This document shows, one piece after another, positions 52,300 to 61,821 of a stretch of DNA of 64,000 nt. Under the pieces are notes generated by a model. The model saw nothing but the letters and a program-made list of their open reading frames with translations. It did not search any database and was not told where the DNA came from. Positions within the stretch are counted from its first letter, which is position 1, and each line of letters starts with the position of its first letter. Source of the stretch: an uncultured Gemmatimonadales bacterium. Its GTDB lineage: Bacteria > Gemmatimonadota > Gemmatimonadetes > Gemmatimonadales > GWC2-71-9. Position numbers and translations under genes: made by a program. The stretch covers positions 128,001-192,000 of the forward strand of contig CAWHFW010000001.1 in NCBI GenBank assembly GCA_963828735.1. Direction: 5' to 3'.

Positions 52300-53202
52300 G
52301 TGTCGAGGCTCTCCCGGAACGACCTGCAGACCGCTGCCCGCGTGGGCGCCCTGGCCTTCGTCCTGCTCTGGCTGCTGTCGGGCGGCCTCCAGGCAGTCAT
52401 CCCCTTCTGGCTGCCCTTCGCGATCCTCGCCGCAACCGAGATCGAGTTTGTCGTGGGAGGGATCCGGGAGCGGCGCCGCGGCGCACCGGAGCGGCCTGCG
52501 TCCCGGCGGCTCCCGGGGGCCGCCGATGCCGACCTCGGCTGGGTGGAGACGGTCGACGAGGAGGGGGAGCCGGTTTTCGTGCCCGCGCCGCCACGCCCGG
52601 CGCGGCGCTCCCGCGTGCCTCTGGTCCTCGTGATCGTCGCCGGCCTGGCCCTGTTTGCCTACGCCTACCGGGTCGATCAGCAGTCTGGCTGGACGTCCGT
52701 CGCGGCTCCCGACCGGGCGCGGGCAGAACGGCGCTTCACGGCCGAGGCGGGCCGCATCGCCGGACGGCCCGTGCGGGTCGTGTGCGACGAGAGCTACACG
52801 TACACCGGCGTCGGCTCCGACGCAGCCGGGGTCGCGTTCATCCCCCGAGGTCTTGCCTACCTGGAGCCGACGGTGTGCCGCTCGCTCTACAGAGTGGCGT
52901 TCGAGCACGAGGTCGGCTCACGCGACGAGGCGGCGTTCGCCATCACCGTGCTCGCCCACGAGGCGACGCACCTGCGCGGGATCCGCAACGAGGCGGAGAC
53001 GGAGTGCGCGGCGCTGCAGGAGGGCGTCCGCCTGGGTGAGCGCCTCGGCCTCGACTCGGCCGCGGCGCGGGCGCTGATGCGCTTCCAGCGCGATCGCGAC
53101 CTCTCGGACGCAAGCATCGCCCGCCTCGACTACCGCCTGCCGGCCGAGTGCCGCAACGGCGGGGCGCTCGACCTGCGCCCGGACGACCCGTCCTTCCCGT
53201 AG
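52300..53202 (+). CDS. Membrane protein with C-terminal HExxH metallopeptidase-like domain
   Basis: Three hydrophobic segments then LAHEATHLRGIRNEAETEC; TACCCT-N6-GTG start. Confidence 0.7.
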   Translation: MSRLSRNDLQTAARVGALAFVLLWLLSGGLQAVIPFWLPFAILAATEIEFVVGGIRERRRGAPERPASRRLPGAADADLGWVETVDEEGEPVFVPAPPRPARRSRVPLVLVIVAGLALFAYAYRVDQQSGWTSVAAPDRARAERRFTAEAGRIAGRPVRVVCDESYTYTGVGSDAAGVAFIPRGLAYLEPTVCRSLYRVAFEHEVGSRDEAAFAITVLAHEATHLRGIRNEAETECAALQEGVRLGERLGLDSAAARALMRFQRDRDLSDASIARLDYRLPAECRNGGALDLRPDDPSFP

Positions 53203-53220
53203 GCAGCGCGGTGCGAGGCG

Positions 53221-53934
53221 TCAGCCCCGCTCCAGGTTCTCCTCCAGCCGCTTTCGCACGAGCGAGACGCTGGCACCGCCGCCATGGTCGCCGAGCACGG
53301 CCGCTGCGAGGCCGTTCGCCTCGACGACGAGCCGCTCCCGCTCGTTCTCGAGGCCGCCGCGGACGACGAACAGCCCGGCATGGGCTCGAGCTGCCCATTC
53401 CTCGATCTCGGCCAGGGACGCCCCCGGCTCGGACCTCCCGGACGCGGAAAGACGCGGCTCCTCCGCCACGGCTCGTGCGACGCTGCGCGCCTCGACCGCC
53501 AGGCCCTCTGCCTCCGACTGCAGCACGGCCTCCTCGCGGACGGCGTCCTCGAGCCGCGACCGCGTCCGCATCACCGCGCTCGTGGCATCCGCCGCGACGA
53601 TCTCGGCGCGCAGCGCGGCCCGTTCGACCTGCTCCTTCGCATCCGCGCCCGCGCGCCGCGACCGGCGGAGCTCCTCCTCGCGCCGCTCGACCTCGGCGAG
53701 CTCCAGCAGCGCGTCGGCCTCGCGGACGCGCGCGTCGCGCTCGTCCTCCTCGGCGTGCCTGATCTCGGCGGGGATCTCTGCCAGCCGCTCGCGCGTGCAA
53801 GTTGCGCGCCTCCTCACGCCATCGACGTCGCGGAGCAACGCCGAGACGCCGTCGATCCGGGCGGCCACGTCGAGATCGCGCCGCTCCAGCTCGCGGGCGA
53901 GCTCGATGTGGCCGGCGGCGCGGGAGTCGGTCAT
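53221..53934 (-). CDS. Coiled-coil hypothetical protein
   Basis: E/R/A-rich helical ORF from MTDSRAAG; GATACT-N6-ATG. Confidence 0.65.
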   Translation of the reverse strand: MTDSRAAGHIELARELERRDLDVAARIDGVSALLRDVDGVRRRATCTRERLAEIPAEIRHAEEDERDARVREADALLELAEVERREEELRRSRRAGADAKEQVERAALRAEIVAADATSAVMRTRSRLEDAVREEAVLQSEAEGLAVEARSVARAVAEEPRLSASGRSEPGASLAEIEEWAARAHAGLFVVRGGLENERERLVVEANGLAAAVLGDHGGGASVSLVRKRLEENLERG

Positions 53935-53999
53935 GGCTCCAGTATCCCCCAACCGGGACGTTCGGCCGCGTGCATCCACCCGGCCTCGGGGCGAACCGG

Positions 54000-54563
54000 C
54001 TAGCCGTAGCCGCCCCCTCCGCCGTCGCGGTCGCGGTCGCCGCTGCCGCCGCTGCTGCCGGTCGGCGTCGTCGACGTGCCCGGCTGCGGCGAGGTCCCGG
54101 CCGTGGCGTCGTGCTCGCCGACGAGCTTCAGCTGCCCTCGGATCTCGCCGGCCGCGTTCTTCGGGGTGTGGACATTGACGTACACGCCCTCCCGCTCGAA
54201 CAGGTCGGCGGCATCCTTCGAGATCTTCACCTGCCCGGTCTGGCCCGACCTGCAGGGACCGCACAACGGGACGAGCACGGCGCCGGCGACGCCCGCCTTG
54301 CCCTTGTGCACGTGCGCGGCGATCGCCTTTCCGGTGAGCCCCGAGAAGGTGAGCTTCCACTTGAGGAGGCGGGCCGACCCGTTCTCGGTCACCGTGGCCG
54401 CAAACGCGCCCTTCGCTGCGGCCGCCCCCTTCGGCTTCGGCACCTCGACTCCCGCTCCGAGCGACGCCTTGTACGTGTAGATCGAGCCCGCCGACGCCGT
54501 GGTGACGGCCACGACCACGACAATTGCGAGTACGACTCCGACGAGCATGGCGATCTTCGACAT
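54000..54563 (-). CDS. Secreted CHRD domain protein
   Basis: Signal peptide; AAHVHKG, YVNVHT and GEIRGQL motifs. Confidence 0.9.
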   Translation of the reverse strand: MSKIAMLVGVVLAIVVVVAVTTASAGSIYTYKASLGAGVEVPKPKGAAAAKGAFAATVTENGSARLLKWKLTFSGLTGKAIAAHVHKGKAGVAGAVLVPLCGPCRSGQTGQVKISKDAADLFEREGVYVNVHTPKNAAGEIRGQLKLVGEHDATAGTSPQPGTSTTPTGSSGGSGDRDRDGGGGGYG

Positions 54564-54637
54564 GAGGCGGCTCCTCCCGGTTCGATGTGCGCTCCCCCGT
54601 GACTACGGGGGTGCGGTGGAACCGGTTTGGGAGACCC

Positions 54638-55069
54638 TTAGCGAGCGCTGATGTAGTCGGTCAGGTACTGGATCTGGAAGCTCTGGCGCTGGGTGATGAA
54701 CTTCACGAGATCCCCGATCGAGATCATCCCGACGAGCTCGCCGTCCTCGACCACCGGTGCGTGGCGGATGCGGCGGTCCGTCATCAGCGCCATGCCCTCG
54801 TCCACTGTCGTCTCGGGCGTGAAGATGATGACCGGCGACGACATCACCTCGCGCACGAACGTGAAGCGCGAACGGCGGCCCTCGACCGCGATCCGGCGCA
54901 GGTAGTCGCGCTCCGTGAAGATCCCCTCGATCTCGGTGCCGTTCGTGACGAGCACCGCGCCGACGTTCGCCTCGACCATCACCTTGACGGCGTCGAAGAC
55001 GGTCGCCCCGCCGTCGATCCGGATCACGTCGCCGCTCTTCTCTTGCAGGATCTCGGAGACGCTCGCCAT
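54638..55069 (-). CDS. CBS domain pair protein
   Basis: GIFTERDY, RIRHAPVV and GMISIGDLVK motifs. Confidence 0.9.
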   Translation of the reverse strand: MASVSEILQEKSGDVIRIDGGATVFDAVKVMVEANVGAVLVTNGTEIEGIFTERDYLRRIAVEGRRSRFTFVREVMSSPVIIFTPETTVDEGMALMTDRRIRHAPVVEDGELVGMISIGDLVKFITQRQSFQIQYLTDYISAR

Positions 55070-55159
55070 CGCCTTCGAATTGTCCAGCCCTACGGCCGCA
55101 TCTGTCAAGGCGCGCAGAGCGTGGATGTCCGCGTGGCCGCGGCTAGGATGCGCGAGTCG

Positions 55160-55230
55160 GGCGACGTGGCCGAGTGGTTAGGCAGAGGCCTGCAAAGCCT
55201 CGTACACCAGTTCGAATCTGGTCGTCGCCT
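55160..55230 (+). tRNA. tRNA-Cys(GCA)
   Basis: GGCGACGTGGCCGAGTGGTTAGGCAGAGGCCTGCAAAGCCTCGTACACCAGTTCGAATCTGGTCGTCGCCT cloverleaf; anticodon GCA; TAGGAT -10 at 55144. Confidence 0.96.
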
Positions 55231-55309
55231 TCGGCGAGACTACAGCCTCTCTCCTCGGGTCGGCATGTTGTACCGAGGTGGCGTCAGGGCGTCGCTCTAC
55301 GCTTCCGGC

Positions 55310-55492
55310 ATGACCCCGCATGCGACTCCGGCACCGCCGCCTCATCCGCCCGCCGCGGCACGGGCCGAGCCGTGCTGGCGCTGCGGGGCCGCGCTGGAGT
55401 GGCGCCACGCAACGCTCCAGTGCCCGCGCTGTCACTTCAAGATCGGCTGCTGCGAAGGGCCGACGGCCGATTGCTCGCCGCAGGATCGCTAG
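55310..55492 (+). CDS. 60-aa Cys-rich zinc-ribbon-like microprotein
   Basis: CWRC-x12-CPRC-x5-CC; TACGCT-N6-ATG. Confidence 0.6.
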   Translation: MTPHATPAPPPHPPAAARAEPCWRCGAALEWRHATLQCPRCHFKIGCCEGPTADCSPQDR

Positions 55493-55502
55493 CCTCAGCG
55501 GG

Positions 55503-56021
55503 ATGCCGAACGGCGTCAACATTCGCCGCGTCTACGCCGACGAGTGGCGGCGATGGCGCGAAACGCGTCTGCGGATGCTGCGCGACGACGCGGACTTCTT
55601 CTCCACTCGGTACGAGGACATGGTCCGCGAGCCGGACCGCACGTGGCGCGAGTGGGTCGCCGGGGCCGCAGAGGGAGACCAGAAGACACTGTTCGCGGCC
55701 GAGGAGAACGGGAGCTGGCTCGGCGTGGTGGGAGGATTCGCGCGCATCGACCCGAGCGAGGTCCAGCTGATCTCGATGTGGGTCGACCCACAGGCGCGGG
55801 GCCGCGGGATCGCGCGCGACCTGATCAGGGCGCTCGCCCGGTGGACGAAAGAGCGTGGCTCGACGCGGGTCGTGCTGTTCGTCCAGGAGGCCAACGAGCC
55901 CGCACAGCACCTGTATGCGCACGCCGGGTTTCGCGCCACGGGCGACCGGGCACCCGCCACTGCCGGACGCAGCGCCTTCAAGCTCGTGCTCGCGGCGTCC
56001 GTCCAGGAGCTACTCGCGTAA
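55503..56021 (+). CDS. GNAT family N-acetyltransferase
   Basis: MWVDPQARGRGIA motif A and NEPAQHLYAHAGF. Confidence 0.88.
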   Translation: MPNGVNIRRVYADEWRRWRETRLRMLRDDADFFSTRYEDMVREPDRTWREWVAGAAEGDQKTLFAAEENGSWLGVVGGFARIDPSEVQLISMWVDPQARGRGIARDLIRALARWTKERGSTRVVLFVQEANEPAQHLYAHAGFRATGDRAPATAGRSAFKLVLAASVQELLA

Positions 56022-56031
56022 CGTCCAGCCG

Positions 56032-56814
56032 ATGACTCCGTCCGCCCTCTTCGACCTTTCCGGCCGCTGTGCGGTCATCACCGGGGCGTCGAGCGGCATC
56101 GGCCGGGCCATCGCGATTGCGCTCGCGGAGACCGGAGCGGACATCGTCGGGCTCTCGCTCGACGACGGCGCCGAGACCGGGGCGGCAATCGAGGCCCGCG
56201 GGCCCAGGTCACTCCAGCTCGTGGGGGACACGAGCCTTCCCAGCGACCTCGAACGAGCCGGGGATGCAGCGCTGGAGGCGTTCGGGCGGCTCGACGTCTG
56301 GGTGAACAACGCGGCCCGCCCGCTCGTGAAGCCCTTTCTCGACACGACCGAGGACGAGTGGCGCGACCTGCTGTCGGTCAACCTGTTCGGCTACGTGTGG
56401 GGCTGCCGGTCCGCCGCGCGCCGCATGGTCGCCGCCGGTGGAGGGCGCATCCTCAATGTCAGCTCGGCCGCGGACGTGCAGCCGCTCGCAGAGCTCTCGG
56501 CGTACATCACCGCAAAGGGCGGCATCGTCGGGCTGACGAGGACGCTCGCCGTCGAGCTGGCGCCACACGGGATCACGGTCAACGCCATCGCACCCGGCGC
56601 GACGGACACTCCACTGAACGCCACGTCATACACGCCCGAGGTGCGCAAGGCCTACGAGAAGCGGATCTCGCTCGGCCACATCGCCGACCCGGCGGAGATC
56701 GGGGACGCGGCGGTGTTCCTGGCGAGCGACGCCTCGCGCTACGTCACGGGACACGAGCTGCTGGTGGACGGTGGGCTCACGATCAACGGCTCGGTCGGGC
56801 ACGCCCGCACCTGA
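56032..56814 (+). CDS. SDR family oxidoreductase
   Basis: TGASSGIG, NNAA, YITAK (YxxxK) and VDGG motifs. Confidence 0.92.
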   Translation: MTPSALFDLSGRCAVITGASSGIGRAIAIALAETGADIVGLSLDDGAETGAAIEARGPRSLQLVGDTSLPSDLERAGDAALEAFGRLDVWVNNAARPLVKPFLDTTEDEWRDLLSVNLFGYVWGCRSAARRMVAAGGGRILNVSSAADVQPLAELSAYITAKGGIVGLTRTLAVELAPHGITVNAIAPGATDTPLNATSYTPEVRKAYEKRISLGHIADPAEIGDAAVFLASDASRYVTGHELLVDGGLTINGSVGHART

Positions 56815-56824
56815 GGACTCGACG

Positions 56825-57760
56825 ATGATCTCCCCGGACAGGATCTCGAACGCAGACCAGATCGCGAGCGCGATCACGTCCGTCGTCGCCGACGGGCCGG
56901 CGGCGGGATCCCGCGCCGTCGACATCCACGTCTGGGGCGGCATCGACCTGCGGCTTCTCCCTGATCGCGGCCTCGACATCGGTGGCGCCTGGTTCCGGGG
57001 AATCCCGCTCGCCTGGATCTCGCAGACGGGCGAGCAGTCGCCTCCGGCCCCGGAGAGCCTCGTCGACGACATCGCCTGGGGAGCAGCCTGGGGCGGCGGC
57101 CTCGTCACGACCTGCGGCCTCTCGAACGTCGGCCGGGCCTCGGAGGGCCAGGGACTGCACGGGACCTACACTTCACGCCCGGCCGTCGACCTTCACGTGG
57201 AGCGCACGACCGCGGACGTCACGGCCACCGCGACGGTCGACGACCCGCCGTTCCGGCTCGCCCGCCGCGTCGCCACGACCGCGACCGAGGGGCTCGTCAG
57301 GATCGACGACCGCACGGTCAACGTCTCGGAGTGGACCGCCGCCGCGCCGCTTCTCTACCACGTCAACATCGGTGCGCCGCTGTGGGACGGAGACGCCTAC
57401 CTCGAGACCGACGCGGAGGAGGTCGTCCCGCGCGACGACGACGCGGCGGCCGGCATCGGCACCTGGGACGCGCCGCCGGAGCCCGGCACGGGTGCGCCGG
57501 AGCGGGTCTTCGAGCACGTCGGCGGCTCCTGGGCCCGGCTCACCAGCCCGCGCCTCCGCATCGAGCTCACGGTGCAGTCGTCGCTGCCGCGGCTCTGGCA
57601 GTGGGTCCACCCCGCGACCGGCACCTACGCGCTCGCGGTCGAGCCGTCCAACTGTTCCGTGCTCGGCCGCGCGCACGACATCGCAGACGGCCGGATGCCC
57701 TTCCTCGACCCGGGTGAGGCCCGAACGTCGTGGCTCACGATCGAGGCTCGCGAGATCTGA
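56825..57760 (+). CDS. DUF4432 / aldose 1-epimerase-like protein
   Basis: DRGLDI, GGLVTTCGLSNVG, LHG, LYHVNIG and YALAVEP motifs. Confidence 0.8.
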   Translation: MISPDRISNADQIASAITSVVADGPAAGSRAVDIHVWGGIDLRLLPDRGLDIGGAWFRGIPLAWISQTGEQSPPAPESLVDDIAWGAAWGGGLVTTCGLSNVGRASEGQGLHGTYTSRPAVDLHVERTTADVTATATVDDPPFRLARRVATTATEGLVRIDDRTVNVSEWTAAAPLLYHVNIGAPLWDGDAYLETDAEEVVPRDDDAAAGIGTWDAPPEPGTGAPERVFEHVGGSWARLTSPRLRIELTVQSSLPRLWQWVHPATGTYALAVEPSNCSVLGRAHDIADGRMPFLDPGEARTSWLTIEAREI

Positions 57761-57763
57761 CGC

Positions 57764-58027
57764 TCAGTGCTTGCGGTGGCGGGCCTGGGCTCGCCGGTTC
57801 TGCTCCTGGGGCGCCGGCCGCAGCATGAAGTACAGGACGGAGCCGATGATCGGCACCACGAGGATGCCGACGAGCCAGAGGAGCTTCGCTCCGATTCCGA
57901 GATCGCGCCGACCGACGAGGCTCACGATCGCGTAGCCCCACAGGATCACGACCGGGATGATGAAGACGATCAGGAGGATCCACTGCGCGCCGCTCAGGGC
58001 GAGGAACGGAGTGGCCGAGGCGAGCAT
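57764..58027 (-). CDS. PLDc N-terminal domain-like small membrane protein
   Basis: AKLLWLVGILVVPIIGSVLYF motif; TAGGCT-N7-ATG. Confidence 0.75.
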   Translation of the reverse strand: MLASATPFLALSGAQWILLIVFIIPVVILWGYAIVSLVGRRDLGIGAKLLWLVGILVVPIIGSVLYFMLRPAPQEQNRRAQARHRKH

Positions 58028-58116
58028 GCGGGCGAGCCTATCGCATCGACATGGGCGGATCGCTACCGTCCCACTGCCGTGACCGCTCCGCACCCCCTGC
58101 CCTCGCCGGCCCGCCG

Positions 58117-58300
58117 GTGAGAAGCACACGCCGAGCGCGCCGGCACCGCACACGGCTCTGGTTCGCCTTCTACACCCTCGTCCTGCTCGCGATCGTCGTC
58201 TTCCTTGTCGCGAGCAATGAGTGGTCGGTCGCGGCCACGACACTCGCGATCGCCGTCGTGTTCGCCTTCATCACCCGCTGGTTCCTCCGTCGCCGCTCAC
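58117..58300 (+). CDS. Small two-TM membrane protein with no stop codon before the IS256 left end
   Basis: LWFAFYTLVLLAIVVFLV and TLAIAVVFAFITRWFLRRR; the frame runs into the IS. Confidence 0.5.
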
Positions 58301-59691
58301 GTCCCGTAGCGTGGTGTAGGAGCGCGTCGGACGGAGCCGGGGTAGTCCGGCCACCGTGGCGCTCAGACTCGTCGGGTCCTGCCAAGGACGACGACGAGAG
58401 GAGAGTCACCACGATGGCCGAGACGAAGAGGATGACGGCTGAGCAGGTCGTCGGCTACCTGCTGGAGGGGGAGGGGCTCGATTTCCTGCGCGAGTCGCTG
58501 AGCTGGGTGGTGCAGCAGCTGATGGAGGCGGAGGTGTCGGAGCTGATCGGCGCCGGGCGCGGCGAGCGCGCGCCGGAGGAGCGGCTGACGCACCGCAACG
58601 GCTACCGGGCGCGGCCGTGGGCGACGCGGGCGGGCGAGCTCGAGCTGGCGATCCCGAAGCTCCGCCGCGGCAGCTACTTCCCGAGCTTCCTCGAGCCGCG
58701 CCGGCGGTCGCGAGCAGGCGCTCGTGTCGGTGGTGCAGGAGGCCTACGTCGCCGGCGTCTCGACGCGCAAGGTCGACCAGGTGGTCGAGTCGCTCGGGCT
58801 GCGGATCTCCAAGAGCGAGGTCTCGCGGATCTGCGCCGGCCTCGACGAGCAGGTCGACGCGTTCCGCAACCGGCCGCTCGAGGGCCGCTACCCGTACCTG
58901 TGGCTCGACGCGAAGGTCGAGAAGGTCCGCGACGGCGGCCGCGTCGTCCGCAAGGCGCTGGTGCTCGCCTACGGCGTGCACGAGTCCGGCTACCGCGAGG
59001 TGATCGGGCTCGACGTCGGCGAGGCCGAGACCGAGGCGTTCTGGCGCAGCTTCCTCCGCGGCCTCGTCGAGCGCGGCCTCACCGGCGTGCAGCTGGTCGT
59101 CTCCGACGCGCACGCCGGGCTGAAGAAGGCGATCGCGCAGGTGCTCGGCTGCCCCTGGCAGCGCTGCAGCGTCCACTTCCTGCGCGAGGCGCTCGGCCAC
59201 GCCCGCCGCGAGCAGCAGCCGATGCTGGCCGCGCTGCTCCGGCCGATCTTCAACGCCGACGACGGCGAGCAGGCACGCGAGCTCGTCGGCGACGCGCTCG
59301 AGCGGCTGCGAGAAGCCGCTGCCGAAGATCGCCGAGCTGCTCGAAGAGGCCGAGGAGGACCTGCTCGCCTTCTACGCCTTCCCCGCCGACCACTGGCCGA
59401 AGCTGCGCTCGACCAACCCGCTCGAGCGCGTCAACCGCGAGATCGGCCGCCGCACCGACGTCGTCGGCATCTTCCCCAACGACCGCTCGCTGATCCGGCT
59501 CGCCGCCAGCGTCGTGATCGAACAGAACGACGAATGGCTCGTCGGCCGCCGCTACCTCAGCCACCACTCGCTCGACGCGCTCCTCGACCGATGACAAGAA
59601 AGACAACGACAGAAGAGGAGACACCCGAGCTCACCGCGGCCTGAGCAGCCCGATCAAGCCGACGAGTTACACCACGTCCTGGGAGAGGCTC
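58295..59691 (+). mobile_element. IS256 family insertion sequence (ends approximate)
   Basis: Imperfect terminal inverted repeats TCCCGTAGCGTGGTGTAG (58302-58319) and TTACACCACGTCCTGGGA (59667-59684) flank the transposase; no clear target-site duplication. Confidence 0.85.
58414..59644 (+). pseudogene. IS256 (Mutator-family) DDE transposase with about three frameshifts (~58710, ~59310, ~59590)
   Basis: HRNGYR, IPKLRRGSYFPS, GVSTRKV, YLWLDA, VSDAHAGL, WQRCSVHF and RSTNPLERVNREI motifs spread over three frames. Confidence 0.88.
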
Positions 59692-59786
59692 TCCCGGACT
59701 CGTCGGAAAGAAAGGTGTCCCAAAGTGCGGGCAGTGCACTCCGAATGGGTTGGTAACCCCGCACCCGAGTGGAATAGGGTGCTCTG

Positions 59787-60044
59787 ATGGTCGACCGGTT
59801 GGACGAGGAGCGACTCGAGATCCTCAGGACCTGGGGGGCGGGCCTCTCCTCCGACCACCGAGAGGAGCTGCGGGCGGCCGGGAAGGCGATCACGGTGCTG
59901 ATCGAGGAGATCGACAGGCTGCAGGTCGACCTCTGGAACGCGCGGGCCGAGAGTCGGCCGGCGCCCCAACCGGAGCCCGCGCCGCCGGCAACGCAAGGGT
60001 CGGCGCTGCGCGACCGGCTCACGCGCATGCCGCGACCGATCTGA
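59787..60044 (+). CDS. Small hypothetical protein
   Basis: Helical 85-aa ORF with TAGGGT-N6-ATG. Confidence 0.6.
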   Translation: MVDRLDEERLEILRTWGAGLSSDHREELRAAGKAITVLIEEIDRLQVDLWNARAESRPAPQPEPAPPATQGSALRDRLTRMPRPI

Positions 60045-60050
60045 CGGCCC

Positions 60051-60398
60051 TCAGCCGGGCTGGTTGTCGTGATCGTGCGCCCAGTCGTGCGCGATCTCGG
60101 CGGCGCGCTCGGCGAGCTCACCGGCCGAGACGAGCCCGCAATCGAGCAGGACGTCCTGCAGCGCGTCGAGCCAGTGCTCGTAGTAGCCGCCTTCGCCGGC
60201 GTCGGCCCCATCCTCGCGCGAGTGGCTCGCGATCTCGGCGATCAGGCGCTCCCGGAAGATTTCGAAGTCCATCTTCCCCGCGTCGTGCAATGCGACCGCC
60301 AGGCCGAACGCACGGCTCTCCCACGGCGCCTCGAAGATGAGCTCCCCGTTCCGTCGCGGGAGCGCCGCCGGCCCTCCCCCACTCGCGATTGCCTCCAC
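60051..60398 (-). CDS. Nitrile hydratase accessory protein (P14K-like)
   Basis: LPRRNGELIFEAPWESRAFG and YYEHWLDAL motifs; downstream of the alpha subunit. Confidence 0.9.
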   Translation of the reverse strand: MEAIASGGGPAALPRRNGELIFEAPWESRAFGLAVALHDAGKMDFEIFRERLIAEIASHSREDGADAGEGGYYEHWLDALQDVLLDCGLVSAGELAERAAEIAHDWAHDHDNQPG

Positions 60399-60410
60399 CG
60401 TCGCGAGACG

Positions 60411-61028
60411 TCAAGGGACGCGTCCCGCGGGCTGGAGCGGCAGCCCCGTCCCGACCATGCTGTCCCGGGTCACGAGCGCGGCCAGCTCGTCCTCGCCGAG
60501 CGACTCCGTTCCCTCGGGCCGCAGCGGCAGCACGAGGTACCGCACCTCCGCCGTCGAGTCCCAGACGCGGATCTCGACCTCGGGGTCGAGGCTGAGGCCG
60601 AACTCGGCGAGCACGGCGCGCGGCTCGGCGACGACGCGGGCGCGGTAGGCGGGGCTCTTGTACCAGGAGGGCGGCAAGCCGAGCACGGGCCACGGGTAGC
60701 ACGAGCAGAGGGTGCACACGATGACGTTGTGCACCTCGGGCGTGTTCTCGACGACGACCATCGTGTCTCCCTCGAAGCCGCCGTACCCGAGCTCCGCGAT
60801 CGCGGCGGTCCCGTTCTGACGGAGCCGTTCGCGGTACGCGTCGTCGAGCCACGCACGCGCGACGACGCGGGCGCCGTTCTGTGGGCCGACATCGTTCTCG
60901 TAGACGTCGACGACCGCGTCGATCGCATCGGTCGAGATGAGGCCCTTCTCGACGAGGAGCGCCTCGAGCGCCGCCGCCCGGACAGCGATGTCGTCGTGAC
61001 CGTGGTCGTGGTTGTCGTCGTGGTTCAC
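60411..61028 (-). CDS. nthA: Cobalt-type nitrile hydratase alpha subunit
   Basis: [11 protein letters not shown] metal-binding motif (Thr/Tyr = Co type), GARVVARAW and [11 protein letters not shown] overlaps the beta stop. Confidence 0.96.
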   Translation of the reverse strand: MNHDDNHDHGHDDIAVRAAALEALLVEKGLISTDAIDAVVDVYENDVGPQNGARVVARAWLDDAYRERLRQNGTAAIAELGYGGFEGDTMVVVENTPEVHNVIVCTLCSCYPWPVLGLPPSWYKSPAYRARVVAEPRAVLAEFGLSLDPEVEIRVWDSTAEVRYLVLPLRPEGTESLGEDELAALVTRDSMVGTGLPLQPAGRVP

Positions 61029-61681
61029 ACGGGCTCCAGGTAGGACTCGGTGAGGTCGAGCAGCAGTTTCCAGCCCGGCTCCTCGCTCACGCCGAAGACG
61101 TCCTCCGAGTCGAACGAGACGCTGTAGACGGGCTCGACCGGTCCGGCGTAGGGGCCGATGTCGGGGAGCGGTGCGGTTCCGCGGACCGCGGTGACCTCGC
61201 CCTCGGCGCCGCGGACGTAGCGAGGACAGCGCGTATGCCCGGCGTGCCGGCGGCGGCGCACGCGGATGCGCTCGCCGCGGACGAAGCGGGTTTCCCCCGC
61301 CTCGCCGAGAGGGCTCATCCTCGAGATGGCGGCGCGGTCGCGCTCGGCCTGCTCCGGATCGAGCCGCTGCGGCACGATCTCGCCGTCCCGCAGCCGCTCG
61401 ACCCAGGCGTCCACCTCGCCGTCCGAGATGGTGCCCTTCCGCAGCAGCCGCTGCTCGTTGCTCCAGAGCCAGCGCTCGTAGTACGAGGCGCGGAGGTAGT
61501 GCTCCGGATCCATCTCCTCGCGGATCGCGCGGCCGCCACCCTTGCCGAGCCCCTCGATCCCGATGATCGTCGAGATCGCAAAAGTCCGCGCCTCCCAGGG
61601 CTCGGCGTAGACGCGGTCCGAGCCCGGAGTGACGACGGGCCCGAAGCCGTGCATGCCGCCCATGTCGTGAATGCCGTCGAT
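61025..61681 (-). CDS. nthB: Nitrile hydratase beta subunit (start codon ambiguous)
   Basis: (I)[36 protein letters not shown] and ESYLEP motifs. Confidence 0.93.
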   Translation of the reverse strand: MDGIHDMGGMHGFGPVVTPGSDRVYAEPWEARTFAISTIIGIEGLGKGGGRAIREEMDPEHYLRASYYERWLWSNEQRLLRKGTISDGEVDAWVERLRDGEIVPQRLDPEQAERDRAAISRMSPLGEAGETRFVRGERIRVRRRRHAGHTRCPRYVRGAEGEVTAVRGTAPLPDIGPYAGPVEPVYSVSFDSEDVFGVSEEPGWKLLLDLTESYLEPV

Positions 61682-61792
61682 GGCTCCTCACGATATCGCT
61701 CAAGCGTAGGAATGGGTGGCGGGTCGGGTGCAGGCGCCCCCTCTCCCGCCGCCGCACCGGCGGCCTCTGCTTCGCCCGCGGCTCCCCGACAC

Positions 61793-61821
61793 TTGACAGG
61801 GTCGCGCGGGAGGAGTATTGC
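61793..61821 (+). promoter_or_regulatory. Possible sigma70 promoter for the protease operon
   Basis: Perfect TTGACA, 17 nt, then TATTGC (imperfect -10). Confidence 0.4.

Noticed and set aside
58366..59706. 10-bp direct repeat GACTCGTCGG as the IS256 target-site duplication
   Set aside because: The left copy lies inside the element, internal to the left inverted repeat, so it cannot be a target duplication.
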